DNA of 64,000 bases from Candidatus Kaiserbacteria bacterium (GCA_027451665.1 DAIDIW010000001.1:5354-69353); one strand, 5' to 3'. Shown: positions 17,538 through 27,789, numbered from the stretch's first letter. Notes: generated by a model not told the origin, from the letters alone. Numbers and translations: made by a program.

Positions 17538-17967
17538 AGGAAATATTCCTGCTTCCGTCATCGGCCACCGCGAACACGAGGGCTCTCGCCGCGGCTGGCA
17601 CGGCGCGAGTGACATGTTCGGGCCACTCCAGGACGATGAGATTCGTCGGGTCGGCGACGAGCGTATCGAATCCGAGCGGCGCGAGCTCATCCTCATTCTC
17701 GAGGCGGTAGGCATCGATATGCACGAGCTTCTCGAATGCGCTTCCTCGCGGCAGCGCGTAGAGCTTCTCGAGCACGAACGTCGGGCTGTTCACGACCTCC
17801 TCGACGCCAAGCGCCCGAGCCAAAGCCTGGGTGAACGCGGTCTTCCCTGCACCAAGTTCGCCGGACAGTGCGAGCACTGTCGCCACATCCGGGAGCGGTG
17901 CGAGTGTTTTCGCGAACGACTTCGCGAACGCGTCGAGTTCATGAACGGAGTGAATGACGGTTCTCAC
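17527..17967 (-). CDS. tsaE: tRNA threonylcarbamoyladenosine biosynthesis ATPase TsaE
   Basis: P-loop LSGELGAGKTAFTQALARALGV and overall YjeE/TsaE pattern. 146 aa. Confidence 0.75.
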   Translation of the reverse strand: MRTVIHSVHELDAFAKSFAKTLAPLPDVATVLALSGELGAGKTAFTQALARALGVEEVVNSPTFVLEKLYALPRGSAFEKLVHIDAYRLENEDELAPLGFDTLVADPTNLIVLEWPEHVTRAVPAAARALVFAVADDGSRNISYGA

Positions 17968-18044
17968 TCGAGCATTCTACCCCTTGGATATGAATAGCGC
18001 CCGTCCCCCTGAAGGGACGGGCGTCGTCACCAAACGGCTCATCT

Positions 18045-18464
18045 TCATCTATGGTACCAACGAGAGAATCCTCCTCCCCCGCCATGCCAGTAGAACCAAG
18101 ACGCGCTTGGATAACCGTACCCGTACGGCGCGAACCCCGATATGTTCCACCCGTTGGGTCCGAAATAGAAGAAAGTCGAAGTCAGACCTCCCCCATACCG
18201 CTGCCCCACGGATGGGCAGAAGAACGGGCCCGCTCCAGAGGGGATGAACGGCAGTCTTGCGTAGCGCCAGTAGCCGCTCACGACACTCCGTTGCCAACAG
18301 GCGATTGTGTGCGGCGTGGGGTTGACCGACTGTCCAGGTGCGGGCACCGGGTCGTGCGTTCCGGGAGGAGCCGTAGCACCGAGACTGAACCCTCCTCCGG
18401 TCGCACACCCTCCGAGACTCGCCGACAGCGCGGCTAAAATAAAAAGACCGATGATGCGCATCAT
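18045..18464 (-). CDS. Small Gly/Tyr/Trp-rich lipoprotein
   Basis: Start at MMRIIGLFILAALSASLGGCATGGG, a signal peptide with the lipobox LGGC. The mature part is rich in G, Y, W and F. Upstream is AT-rich and shared with divergent pilB. Confidence 0.55.
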   Translation of the reverse strand: MMRIIGLFILAALSASLGGCATGGGFSLGATAPPGTHDPVPAPGQSVNPTPHTIACWQRSVVSGYWRYARLPFIPSGAGPFFCPSVGQRYGGGLTSTFFYFGPNGWNISGFAPYGYGYPSASWFYWHGGGGGFSRWYHR

Positions 18465-18565
18465 GCGCTCCTGTTCGTTGATATACCGTCCATATAATAA
18501 CCATACATAAACAGTTTTGTCAAGTATTCCCCTCCCGTGCCGTATTTGAATGATAAAATCAGCAT

Positions 18566-20239
18566 ATGGATCTCCCGTTCGATACGTCAAAGACTGACGC
18601 GCAGCTCGCGGAAGTGCGCGGGCGTGAAGAAGAAGATGTAGTGCGCATCCTCTCTGAGAAGTACGGCATGCATTATGTTGACCTTGCACTCCACGAGATA
18701 GACACCGAAGCTCTCCGCGCCGTCCCCGAAGAGGACGCTCACAAGGCCGAAGCTGCCGTATTCGCCCGCGCGAATAAGACGCTCTCGCTTGCGGTGCATA
18801 ATCCGAATAATCGCGCTCTTCCGGGCCTCCTCCACGATCTCGAGAATCGCGGATATGCGGTAAAGCAGTTTCTCGTCTCGCATAAAAGCCTTGAGAAGGC
18901 GCTCGACCGCTATGGCGATCTCTCGTATGCGACCGAATCAAAGCCGGGCACCTTCGAGGTCAAGGGAGATACCCTCGCGCGGCTCACGGACGAGACGCGG
19001 TCGCGAACGCGTCTGCGCCAAGCGCTCGATGCCATGGTCGCGGAAAAGGCGCTCGACCGCGTCTCGCGCATCTTTGAGATCGTCCTCGCCGGCGCCTTCG
19101 CCCTCGGCGCTTCGGATATCCATGTCGAGCCGGAAGAGGAGAAGGCGCGGCTGCGGCTGCGGCTCGATGGCGTACTTACGGATGCCTACTTCTTTGATCC
19201 GAAGACCTACCATCTGCTGAACTCCCGCGTGAAGCTCCTCTCGGGCGTGAAGCTGAACGTGAGCGATCGCGCACAAGACGGGCGCTTCACGGTCTCCAAA
19301 GGCGATCGGCCCGTCGAACTGCGCGCTTCGTTCATTCCGGGTGCCTATGGCGAATCTATCGTGCTGCGTATCCTCGACCCGGAAGCGACGAAGACGTCAT
19401 TCAAGGATCTCGGCATCCCTCCGAAACTGCTCGCGCGACTCGAGAAGGAGATACGGAAACCGAACGGCATGCTGCTCACCACCGGCCCTACCGGGAGCGG
19501 CAAGACGACGACGCTCTACTCCTTCCTCCGCGAACTCGAATCCCCCGACATAAAGATCATCACAATCGAAAATCCTATCGAGTATCACCTCGAGGGAATC
19601 GTACAAACGCAGGTGGACGGGAAAAACTACACATTCTCCGAGGGCCTTAAATCCATCGTGCGACAGGACCCAGATATCATCATGGTTGGCGAGATCCGCG
19701 ATGCGGATACCGCCGATATCGCAATCCAAGCCGCGCTCACCGGACATCTCGTATTCTCTACGCTCCATACGAATGACGCCGCCGGGACCTTCCCGCGTCT
19801 CGCGGACCTCGGCGCGGACCCGAAGTCGTTCGGCTCAGCGATAACCGTCGCGATGGCCCAGCGTCTCGTGCGACGGCTCCACCCTGACCACAGGAAAGAA
19901 CGACCGCTCGAAGACGATGAGAAGGCTATGATCCGCAAAGTGTTCGAAGGATTCCCAGATGCTTCGCTCATTCCGCAGGACCCGCAGACCGTCTGGGAGC
20001 CGAATCCGGCAAACGAGGAAGATACGGGATACGCGGGACGTATTGGACTCTACGAAGCCATCTTCATGGATGACGAGCTTGCTAATTTCCTGCGCGACAA
20101 TCCGCCGGCTGCTGACATACGGAAGGCCACCATGCGCCAAGGATTCCTTACAATGGCACAGGACGGGATCGTGAAAGCCCTCGCCGGACTCACGTCGCTC
20201 AAGGAAGTTGCGGATACGGTCGGACTTCCGGACGCCTGA
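18566..20239 (+). CDS. pilB: Type IV pilus assembly ATPase PilB (GspE family)
   Basis: 557 aa with T2SSE_N-like N-terminal repeats and Walker A TTGPTGSGKTTTLYSFL. His-box and Asp-box regions are present. Confidence 0.85.
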   Translation: MDLPFDTSKTDAQLAEVRGREEEDVVRILSEKYGMHYVDLALHEIDTEALRAVPEEDAHKAEAAVFARANKTLSLAVHNPNNRALPGLLHDLENRGYAVKQFLVSHKSLEKALDRYGDLSYATESKPGTFEVKGDTLARLTDETRSRTRLRQALDAMVAEKALDRVSRIFEIVLAGAFALGASDIHVEPEEEKARLRLRLDGVLTDAYFFDPKTYHLLNSRVKLLSGVKLNVSDRAQDGRFTVSKGDRPVELRASFIPGAYGESIVLRILDPEATKTSFKDLGIPPKLLARLEKEIRKPNGMLLTTGPTGSGKTTTLYSFLRELESPDIKIITIENPIEYHLEGIVQTQVDGKNYTFSEGLKSIVRQDPDIIMVGEIRDADTADIAIQAALTGHLVFSTLHTNDAAGTFPRLADLGADPKSFGSAITVAMAQRLVRRLHPDHRKERPLEDDEKAMIRKVFEGFPDASLIPQDPQTVWEPNPANEEDTGYAGRIGLYEAIFMDDELANFLRDNPPAADIRKATMRQGFLTMAQDGIVKALAGLTSLKEVADTVGLPDA

Positions 20240-20256
20240 TAGCGCACAAACAAAAA

Positions 20257-20285
20257 GAAAACCCGGTCCTGCCACCGGGTTTTCC
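20257..20285 (+). terminator. Rho-independent terminator downstream of pilB
   Basis: AAACCCGG-tcctgcca-CCGGGTTTTCC: an 8-bp stem followed by a T-tract, 18 nt after the pilB stop. Confidence 0.7.
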
Positions 20286-20536
20286 TCCCGCGCATGCTCC
20301 TCCAGGCCAAACCTACAAAATCGTAGGGTAGACAAAGCACCTGAGGAGTAACCCAGCCCCCGACCGGAGTCGGAGACCAAGCAGTCCTTGGGGCCAAGCC
20401 CGAAGCCGTCAAGCCTTGCCTAGAGGAGTATGCGTAGGATGAAAAAGAAACGCCTTCACGATTGATTCGGAAGGTGCAGAACGAATGAAGACCGTATCTC
20501 CTTCGTGTGCTAGAATGCTAGCACTGCAGTCAATCT

Positions 20537-21514
20537 ATGTCAACCCCCCACGAGGCACCCGACGCAACGCTCCAATCGCTCGATGCAGCTTTGCGTCCCT
20601 CATCCTGGGATGACTATGTGGGCCAGAATCAGATAAAGGCGAGCGTTCGGATCGCGATAGATGCCGCAAAGAAACGCGGCGGGATGCCGGAACATTTCCT
20701 TTTCTACGGCCCTCCCGGCGTCGGAAAGACGACCCTTGCTCACCTGGTGGCTGAATCGCTGGGCTCACCGCTAAAGACGACCTCCGGCGTGGCCATCGAA
20801 CGCGCCGCAGACCTCGCGGCTATCCTCACGAACCTTGAGCCGAACACCGTGCTCTTTATCGATGAGATTCACCGCCTTTCGCACAAGATCGAGGAGCTCC
20901 TCTACCCCGCGCTCGAGTCTGGACATCTTGATATCGTGCTCGGAAAGGGTCCCTCGGCACGCACCGTCGAGCTCGCGCTGCCGCCCTTCACGCTCGTCGG
21001 TGCTACGACGAAAGTCGCTGACCTCTCCGGACCGCTTCGTTCGCGCTTCGGCGGCGGCGTGTACCAGCTCGATTTCTATACCGAGAGCGACTTGCGCGAC
21101 ATCGTGCAGCGGAGCGCGTCCGTGCTCTCGCTTGACGCACCGCAGGACGTCGTGGAGCACGTTGCTGCGAGAAGCCGAGCGACGCCACGTGTCGCGAATG
21201 CGCTTCTGAAGCGCATTCGCGATTTTTCCGAAGTGCACGAGCGTCCGCTCTCGGCATCGGTGTGCGACGAGGCCTGCGAACTCTTCGGGATAGATGGCCT
21301 CGGACTGACGAAGGACGACCGCCGGTATCTCACCACGCTTCGAGAAGCTTTCCGCGGCGGACCAGCCGGAATTCGTGCACTCGCAGCCGCACTTCATGAA
21401 GACCCAGATACGCTCGAGAACGTTTATGAACCATACCTGCTTCGCCTCGGCCTCATCGAACGTTCCTCGCGCGGACGTATCCTTACCCCAAAGGGCCGCG
21501 AATATCTCGGTTAG
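20537..21514 (+). CDS. ruvB: Holliday junction branch-migration helicase RuvB
   Basis: LRPSSWDDYVGQNQIKASVRIAI...FYGPPGVGKTTLAHLVA, an AAA+ RuvB pattern. Confidence 0.9.
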   Translation: MSTPHEAPDATLQSLDAALRPSSWDDYVGQNQIKASVRIAIDAAKKRGGMPEHFLFYGPPGVGKTTLAHLVAESLGSPLKTTSGVAIERAADLAAILTNLEPNTVLFIDEIHRLSHKIEELLYPALESGHLDIVLGKGPSARTVELALPPFTLVGATTKVADLSGPLRSRFGGGVYQLDFYTESDLRDIVQRSASVLSLDAPQDVVEHVAARSRATPRVANALLKRIRDFSEVHERPLSASVCDEACELFGIDGLGLTKDDRRYLTTLREAFRGGPAGIRALAAALHEDPDTLENVYEPYLLRLGLIERSSRGRILTPKGREYLG

Positions 21515-21574
21515 TCCGACGTCCGCCGCGTGACCAGCTAGGCCCTTATTCGAGCTTTTGGTACAGTGTGGCGC

Positions 21575-22138
21575 ATGAGCGGACACAATAAATGGGCGCA
21601 GATCAAGCATAAGAAGGCCGCTACGGACGCGGTAAAAAGCCGCACTTTTTCACGCTTTGCGCGCCTCATCGCGCTCGAATCGAAACACACAAACGGCGAT
21701 GTGAACTCTCCCTCCCTGAAAGCGGCGATCGACCGGGCGAAAGCGGCCAATATGCCGAAGGACAATATAGAGCGCGCGGTCGCAAAAGGAACGAGCAAGG
21801 ATGCCGGCGACATGGAGCGGGTGGTATACGAAGCGTACGGTCCGGGCGGCATTGCAATCGTCGTTGAGGCGCTCACCGACAGTCGTAACCGCACGACGCA
21901 AGAGGTTAAACTCATCTTCACGAAAAACAGCATCGAGATGGCGACCCCCGGTGCGGCGACGTGGGCGTTCATAAAGCTCCCCGAGGGAGGCTTCAAGGCG
22001 AACGAGCCGCTTGTGGATATCTCCGAAGAAGATGGCGAAAAGCTCGGCACTCTACTTAATGCGCTCGATGACCATGACGACGTACAGGCGGTATTCACTA
22101 ACGCGCGCGGCTTCGAGAGTACAGCGGAGGAGGAATAA
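21575..22138 (+). CDS. yebC: YebC/PmpR-family transcriptional regulator (shortened)
   Basis: MSGHNKWAQIKHKKAATDA matches the YebC N-terminus (MAGHSKWANTRHRKAAQDA). ~187 aa. Confidence 0.75.
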   Translation: MSGHNKWAQIKHKKAATDAVKSRTFSRFARLIALESKHTNGDVNSPSLKAAIDRAKAANMPKDNIERAVAKGTSKDAGDMERVVYEAYGPGGIAIVVEALTDSRNRTTQEVKLIFTKNSIEMATPGAATWAFIKLPEGGFKANEPLVDISEEDGEKLGTLLNALDDHDDVQAVFTNARGFESTAEEE

Positions 22139-22243
22139 CTCCCCCAAACCAGAGCCCGCGCACCCAACAATCATGAAGTAGGAATGCGCACTCGGTTCTT
22201 TCGATTTCTTTGGTATTAGACGCTTCAGATTTATACTGATTCC

Positions 22244-22738
22244 ATGCGCATACTCGGCATCGACCCGGGCTATGACCGGCTCGGCATCGCAGTGATCGAA
22301 GGCGACCCTTCGAAACCCTCACTCGTGTGGAGCGATTGCTTCATGCCGGCAAAAGGTGCGGCAGAACGACGCCTCTCCGCAGTCGCAGCGGCAGTAACCG
22401 CGGCAATCGGCGCGTATGCTCCTGACGCGCTGTCGATCGAAACGCTGTTCTTCAATAAGAGTGCCTCGACGGCGCTCGGCGTCGCCCAAGCACGTGGAGT
22501 GGTCCTCGCGACGGCAGGAGCCGCCGCACTGACGGTCATCGAGTGCTCGCCGCAGACAGTGAAGCTTGCGGTGACCGGCTATGGCGCTGCCGACAAGAAG
22601 GCCATCGCGCTTATGGTACCCAAGCTCATCATCCTCCCGCCGAAACAAAACCGGCTCGACGACGAACTCGACGCGATCGCGGTAGGCATCGCTGGACTCT
22701 CGCAAGCGCGCACGCAACCCCCGCCCGAGAATGCTTAG
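22244..22738 (+). CDS. ruvC: Crossover junction endodeoxyribonuclease RuvC
   Basis: MRILGIDPGYDRLGIAVIEG start and overall RuvC pattern. 164 aa. Confidence 0.85.
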   Translation: MRILGIDPGYDRLGIAVIEGDPSKPSLVWSDCFMPAKGAAERRLSAVAAAVTAAIGAYAPDALSIETLFFNKSASTALGVAQARGVVLATAGAAALTVIECSPQTVKLAVTGYGAADKKAIALMVPKLIILPPKQNRLDDELDAIAVGIAGLSQARTQPPPENA

Positions 22739-22825
22739 GCACAGGCGTTCTTTACTTCCCTATTGCATTACCGATATTTTTTGCTCAAATATACCGACCC
22801 GTAAGGGTTAAGCTCATATTTCCGT

Positions 22826-22942
22826 ATGTCGGATGACGAATTCCGCGATCCGTTTGAAGAAGAGGGCCCCGATACAGACGATGAGGATGAGGAGCACTTC
22901 TCGGAAGACGACGAGTCTATAGACGAGGAGGAGATGCTGTAA
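22826..22942 (+). CDS. Tiny highly acidic ORF (38 aa: MSDDEFRDPFEEEGPDTDDEDEEHFSEDDESIDEEEML)
   Basis: Read by hand; absent from the six-frame track because it is under 60 aa. Followed at 22966-22990 by a strong hairpin. Confidence 0.3.
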   Translation: MSDDEFRDPFEEEGPDTDDEDEEHFSEDDESIDEEEML

Positions 22943-22965
22943 TCGGCATCTGCGGTTTCTTGACT

Positions 22966-22990
22966 ACGCCCCCGGAAAAATCCGGGGGCG
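22966..22990. terminator. GC-rich hairpin ACGCCCCCGG-aaaaat-CCGGGGGCGT (terminator-like, no clear U-tract)
   Basis: 10-bp perfect stem read directly, between ruvC/the acidic ORF and PBP1A. Confidence 0.4.
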
Positions 22991-23029
22991 TGGTACATTA
23001 AAGGTCAGCTCCGCAATCTATCTCGAAGC

Positions 23030-25210
23030 ATGCGTTGGAATATACCGTTTAAGCACAAATTGGCCGTATCCTTTATGGCCCTTCTCGGCATCGGCGCGAT
23101 AGGCGCCGGTGCGATTCTTCTCGCCGTTGCCTTTACCCCTACGCCGGACATAGCGTCCTTCGCGAACCGGCAGGTGGATCAGTCAACGAAGATCTACGAC
23201 AGGACAGGACAGGTGCTTCTCTACGATTACAACCGCGACGCGCAACGCGATGTCATCCCTCTCACGGACGTTTCGCCGAATATGATTAACGCGGCGATTG
23301 CGATCGAGGACTCGAGCTTTTATGAACACGGGGGCATCCGAATCGCCTCGATACTTCGAGCGGCCCTTTCCGACATACTCCCGGGCGGAAATCTCCAGGG
23401 CGGCTCGACGATTACTCAGCAGGTGGTTAAGAACACGCTCCTCACGAACAGCCGCACTATAAGCCGAAAAATCCATGAATGGGTGCTCGCCATAAAGCTA
23501 GAACAGAAGTACTCAAAGAATCAGATCCTCGAGACCTATTTGAACGATATCCCGTTCGGGGGGACGCTCTATGGCGTAGAAGCAGCCTCGGAAGCATATT
23601 TCAGCGTACCGGCGAAGGATCTCGACCTTGCGCAGTCTGCATATCTAGCGGCGATGATCCAAGCACCTTCCTACTATTCGCCCTACGGACCGAACAGGGC
23701 CGCGCTTGATGCGCGCAAGGATCTGGTCCTCGACCGCATGCACACGCTCGGGTTCATAAGCGATTCCGAGTGGCAAGCGGCGAAGGCGGAAAAGGTAACG
23801 TTCTCCGCATCGCGAACGACTGGCATCATTGCCCCGCACTTTGTCTTTTACATTCTCGACCAGCTGAGGCAGGAATATGGGTCGAACGCGCTCATCTCAG
23901 GACTGAGAGTGACGACGACCTTAGATGCGGGCCTCCAGCAGCAGGCGCAGAAGATCATCGCGGATGCCGCGCCCGGGCTCCTCAAGGACGACAACGCGAG
24001 CAACGAGGCCATGGTCGCGATTGCCCCATCGACGGGCGAGATACTCGCGATGGTCGGTTCGAGCAACTTTTTCTCGACCACTACCGACGGGCAGTTCAAC
24101 GCTGCGCTCGCCCTACGCCAGCCGGGTTCGACAATGAAACCCTTCATCTACTCGCTCGCACTCGAAGACGGCTACACGCGCGACACAGTCGTATTCGATA
24201 CACCGACGCAGTTTTCGACCGCCTGTGCTGCAAGCGATGTGAGCAACAACAAAGCCCCGTGCTATGCGCCAGTCAACTACGATAACCGCTACCGCGGTCC
24301 GATGACGTTCGAGACCGCGCTCGCGCAGTCCATAAACATTCCGGCAATCAAGGTGCTCTACTTGGTCGGGATACAGAACGCAATCAACCTTGCCAAGTCA
24401 TTCGGCCTTACCTCTCTCGGTAATGCGGCGCAGTACGGACTCACTATTGTGCTCGGCGGCGGCGACGTGCGTTTGCTCGACCTCACCGATGCTTATGCGG
24501 CATTCGCTGACGGGGGCGTCCGTAATCCGCCGACTGGCATACTCGAAGTGGATGACTCCCAGGGGAACGTACTCCAGAAGTACACGCCGCAGCCGCAACG
24601 CGTGATTCCTCAGAATATCGCGAATGACATAAACGCGATGCTTTCCGATAATCCTGCGCGGGTACCCGAATATACTTTGAATTCGCCTCTCTACTTCCCC
24701 GGCTATGATGTCGCCGTGAAGACGGGAACGACCGATGATACGCGCGACGCATGGGTCGTCGGCTACACGCCGTCGATCGCCATCGGTACCTGGGCTGGCA
24801 ATAACAATAATACGCCGATGGTAAAGAGTATCGCCGGTATGATACTCGCCCCGTCCTGGCACCAGATCATGGCGTATGCGCTCTCTACGTATCCGAAGGA
24901 ATACTTTGGAGAACCGGACCCGATCCCGGCGAACGTGCCTCCAATGCTTCAGGGAAACTGGTACATACCTGACAAGACCGGCCAGCTCGTTCCCCACAGC
25001 CTCCTTTACTGGACGAATAAAAACGACCCGCTCGGGCCTCCTCCTACCAATCCTTCAGCGGACCCACAGTTCTCGCGTTGGGAATACGGCGTCTCCTACT
25101 GGTATGCCATGCACCCCGAACTGTTCAACCACGACGTGATGCACCCGGTGCCCCTCTCCGCAGCCACGACCGCCGTTGCAACTACGACTGCTGCCACGAG
25201 CGCCTTATAG
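23030..25210 (+). CDS. mrcA: Class A penicillin-binding protein (PBP1A family; glycosyltransferase + transpeptidase)
   Basis: N-terminal TM, glycosyltransferase motifs (AIEDSSFYEHGGI, GGSTITQQ) and transpeptidase motifs (PGSTMKP, SIN, KTGT). Confidence 0.85.
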   Translation: MRWNIPFKHKLAVSFMALLGIGAIGAGAILLAVAFTPTPDIASFANRQVDQSTKIYDRTGQVLLYDYNRDAQRDVIPLTDVSPNMINAAIAIEDSSFYEHGGIRIASILRAALSDILPGGNLQGGSTITQQVVKNTLLTNSRTISRKIHEWVLAIKLEQKYSKNQILETYLNDIPFGGTLYGVEAASEAYFSVPAKDLDLAQSAYLAAMIQAPSYYSPYGPNRAALDARKDLVLDRMHTLGFISDSEWQAAKAEKVTFSASRTTGIIAPHFVFYILDQLRQEYGSNALISGLRVTTTLDAGLQQQAQKIIADAAPGLLKDDNASNEAMVAIAPSTGEILAMVGSSNFFSTTTDGQFNAALALRQPGSTMKPFIYSLALEDGYTRDTVVFDTPTQFSTACAASDVSNNKAPCYAPVNYDNRYRGPMTFETALAQSINIPAIKVLYLVGIQNAINLAKSFGLTSLGNAAQYGLTIVLGGGDVRLLDLTDAYAAFADGGVRNPPTGILEVDDSQGNVLQKYTPQPQRVIPQNIANDINAMLSDNPARVPEYTLNSPLYFPGYDVAVKTGTTDDTRDAWVVGYTPSIAIGTWAGNNNNTPMVKSIAGMILAPSWHQIMAYALSTYPKEYFGEPDPIPANVPPMLQGNWYIPDKTGQLVPHSLLYWTNKNDPLGPPPTNPSADPQFSRWEYGVSYWYAMHPELFNHDVMHPVPLSAATTAVATTTAATSAL

Positions 25211-25222
25211 CTTTTGGTTGTC

Positions 25223-26323
25223 TTATTGGTTCATTGGAGACACCAGATACAGGAGCGAGGCGTCCCCTACGCCACGAATGACGAGCGGCCGTCCTATGCC
25301 GGCAGCAGAGAGCGAGAGACTCTCTGCGCTTGTAAGTCCGAGCACAGCCGCGAGATACCGGTGATTGAATGAGATCTCGAGCGCCGACCCCTCAAGCTGA
25401 GCTGAGAGCGCCTCGGAGGATTCTCCTACATCGGCATTACGAGCGAAAAGTTCGAGACGTTTCGCCTTCACGTCGAAATCGAGCCGGATCTTCTGGAAAG
25501 AGTCGGAAAAGATGGTGACGCGGCGAAGCGCATTCTCGAAATCTCGGCGCAGCACCATAGCTTCCGCGACCGCGTCTTTGGGGATGATCTGGCGATAGTC
25601 CGGATACGCCGCGTTCGTGAGACGTGAGACAAGCAATGTGCCATTACCAGCAAACGCACATTGGTGGTCATCGAAGGACATTACGACCTCCTCATCCGGA
25701 AGCGCTTGCGCTATCTCGAGCGCATTCTTAGAGGGTATGAGAACTACGCCTTGCGTCCCCTTATTCGAGAGAGACACTTTCTTCTCGGCGAGCCGGAAGG
25801 AATCCGTAGCGACGGCAGTGAGTGTTCCTCCTTCTATTGATAAGTAGAGGCTTGCGAGCTCAGGGCGGATCGTTGAAGGAGAAGCACACGGCGCAATCGC
25901 TGAGAACAGACTTTTAAGGACTACGCCAGGTAGGGTGATATGGTTTCTTTGGTCTTCCGGAAAAGGGATACTTGGAAAATCGTCATACGGAACGGTCTTA
26001 ACTGAGGAAGTCCCAGTATCGGCTTTGACCGTAAGCGTCTCGCCGGCAGATTCGAGAGAGACGACACCCTCTCCAGAGAGCGACGACGCAAGTTGTGAAA
26101 GGATGCTCGCAGGAACAGCGACGACACCCTCACCGTCGCACCGCCCCTCTATCTTAAGATCGATGCCCGTCTCAAGGTTTGTCGCGCGCAGCTTTATACC
26201 ATCGTCCCCCGCAAGGATGAGTACTGATGAGAGCGCAGGGAGCGAACCCGCCTTCCGTTCAGCGAATCGAGCTGCGATATGCACTGCTTCAGATAATTTC
26301 TTTTTATCTATGGATATACGCAT
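25223..26323 (-). CDS. dnaN: DNA polymerase III beta sliding clamp
   Basis: Start at MRISIDKKKLSEAVHIAARFAERKAGSLPALSSVLI; three-domain beta-clamp pattern. Confidence 0.8.
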   Translation of the reverse strand: MRISIDKKKLSEAVHIAARFAERKAGSLPALSSVLILAGDDGIKLRATNLETGIDLKIEGRCDGEGVVAVPASILSQLASSLSGEGVVSLESAGETLTVKADTGTSSVKTVPYDDFPSIPFPEDQRNHITLPGVVLKSLFSAIAPCASPSTIRPELASLYLSIEGGTLTAVATDSFRLAEKKVSLSNKGTQGVVLIPSKNALEIAQALPDEEVVMSFDDHQCAFAGNGTLLVSRLTNAAYPDYRQIIPKDAVAEAMVLRRDFENALRRVTIFSDSFQKIRLDFDVKAKRLELFARNADVGESSEALSAQLEGSALEISFNHRYLAAVLGLTSAESLSLSAAGIGRPLVIRGVGDASLLYLVSPMNQ

Positions 26324-26339
26324 ACGGATGCTTATTAGG

Positions 26340-26382
26340 CCTGTTGATAACAGGATAACTCGGAAACAGGCCGTATCCACTT
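26340..26382. promoter_or_regulatory. DnaA-box-like motifs in the dnaA-dnaN intergenic region (candidate oriC element)
   Basis: TGTTGATAA (1 mismatch to TGTGNATAA) at 26342-26350, GTATCCACT (TATCCAC core) at 26373-26381, and a weak CAGGATAAC (3 mismatches to TGTGGATAA) at 26351-26359, flanked by the AT-richer TTATTAGG. Confidence 0.4.
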
Positions 26383-26436
26383 GTCCTTTCGGGCATCACG
26401 TGCATGAAAAGCTGTTGAAAAGTAGGCCATAGGCGG

Positions 26437-27789
26437 TTAGGTAAGCAAGGTACGTATATTCTGTATCTCTTTTGCCAACTCGCTATCCTCAACTACTTCA
26501 CGCTTTATCTTCTCGCAGGAGTGGATAACGGTCGTGTGATCGCGGCCACCGAGCTTGGAACCGATCGTTGGGTATGAAACGTGGAAATCCTCTCGAAGGA
26601 GATACATGATGACCTGGCGCGGACGTACGACCTCCCGACGGCGAGTCTTTTCGTAAATACTGTTTTCGTCGATGCCATAGAACTCAGCTACCTTATCTAC
26701 AACGTTTTTCACGGAGATATTCTTCTGAGGGCGAGTGAACGATCGTAGCGACTGGCGTACTTCGGCGATGTCAGGCACGCTCCCCTTCACTTGAGCATGA
26801 CAGACGATAGAGTTGACCATCCCCTCAAGCTCGCGGATGGAACCTGAAGTGGCATTCGCGACATACTCGATAACCTCGTCAGAGAGCGTCACGCCGTGCG
26901 ATGCGGCCTTTTTGCGTACGATAGCGGCACGGGATTCCTGATCAGGCTCGCCGATATCGATAGCCATGCCGCTTGCGAGCCGGCTCTTCAGACGGTCAGC
27001 AATGTCGGGAATGGCGACCGGCGGTCGGTCTGAGGAGAAGACAATCTGCTTATTGTTATCGTAGAGGGCATTAAAGAGATGGAAGAGTTCTTCCTGTGTC
27101 TTATCCTTCTTCGAGAGGAACTGGACGTCATCCATGATGAGGAGGTCGTACTGGCGGTACTTATCCTTGAATCGGTTGGCCGTTCCGCTCTGCACCGCAT
27201 CGGTGAAGTCCACTACGAATTTTTCCGAGGTGAGGTAGAACGCCTTACGGCCTGGGTGCTGCTTCTTGAAATAATTTCCGATCGCCTGAATGAGGTGTGT
27301 CTTTCCTCTCCCGGTGTCTCCGTATATGAAGAGTGGGTTGTAGGTGATGCCCGGGCGCTGGATGACCGCCTGCGCTGCGGCGTAGGCGAGATTATTGAAA
27401 GACCCTATGACGAATGTATCGAAGGTATATTTAGGGTTCAGGTTGTCGCTCTTGTTGATATAGAACTCATCGAGCGGAAGTTCCATTGCACCGCGCTCGT
27501 TACGCGGTTCGCGAGGAGGTTTCCGGCGCTCATCTTTGACGATGAGATATTCGATATTCCGAAATTCATAAGAAATATCGCGCACAATCTTAAGGAGGAG
27601 CGTATGGAACTTCTTCAGGTACCAATCCTTGAAGAACTGACTCGGCACGCCAATATAGACGATACCGTCCTCCCCGATCTTCACGATAGAACTGTCGCGG
27701 AACCACGTATTGAAGTTCGCAGGGGAGATGGAGAGCTCGACTTGAGTCAGGATGTATTCCCAGAGTTCACGAGGATTTGCTTTGTCCAT
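26437..27789 (-). CDS. dnaA: Chromosomal replication initiator DnaA
   Basis: AAA+ Walker A GDTGRGKTHL and C-terminal domain IV (VIMYLLREDFHVSYPTIGSKLGGRDHTTVIHSCEKI). Confidence 0.9.
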   Translation of the reverse strand: MDKANPRELWEYILTQVELSISPANFNTWFRDSSIVKIGEDGIVYIGVPSQFFKDWYLKKFHTLLLKIVRDISYEFRNIEYLIVKDERRKPPREPRNERGAMELPLDEFYINKSDNLNPKYTFDTFVIGSFNNLAYAAAQAVIQRPGITYNPLFIYGDTGRGKTHLIQAIGNYFKKQHPGRKAFYLTSEKFVVDFTDAVQSGTANRFKDKYRQYDLLIMDDVQFLSKKDKTQEELFHLFNALYDNNKQIVFSSDRPPVAIPDIADRLKSRLASGMAIDIGEPDQESRAAIVRKKAASHGVTLSDEVIEYVANATSGSIRELEGMVNSIVCHAQVKGSVPDIAEVRQSLRSFTRPQKNISVKNVVDKVAEFYGIDENSIYEKTRRREVVRPRQVIMYLLREDFHVSYPTIGSKLGGRDHTTVIHSCEKIKREVVEDSELAKEIQNIRTLLT

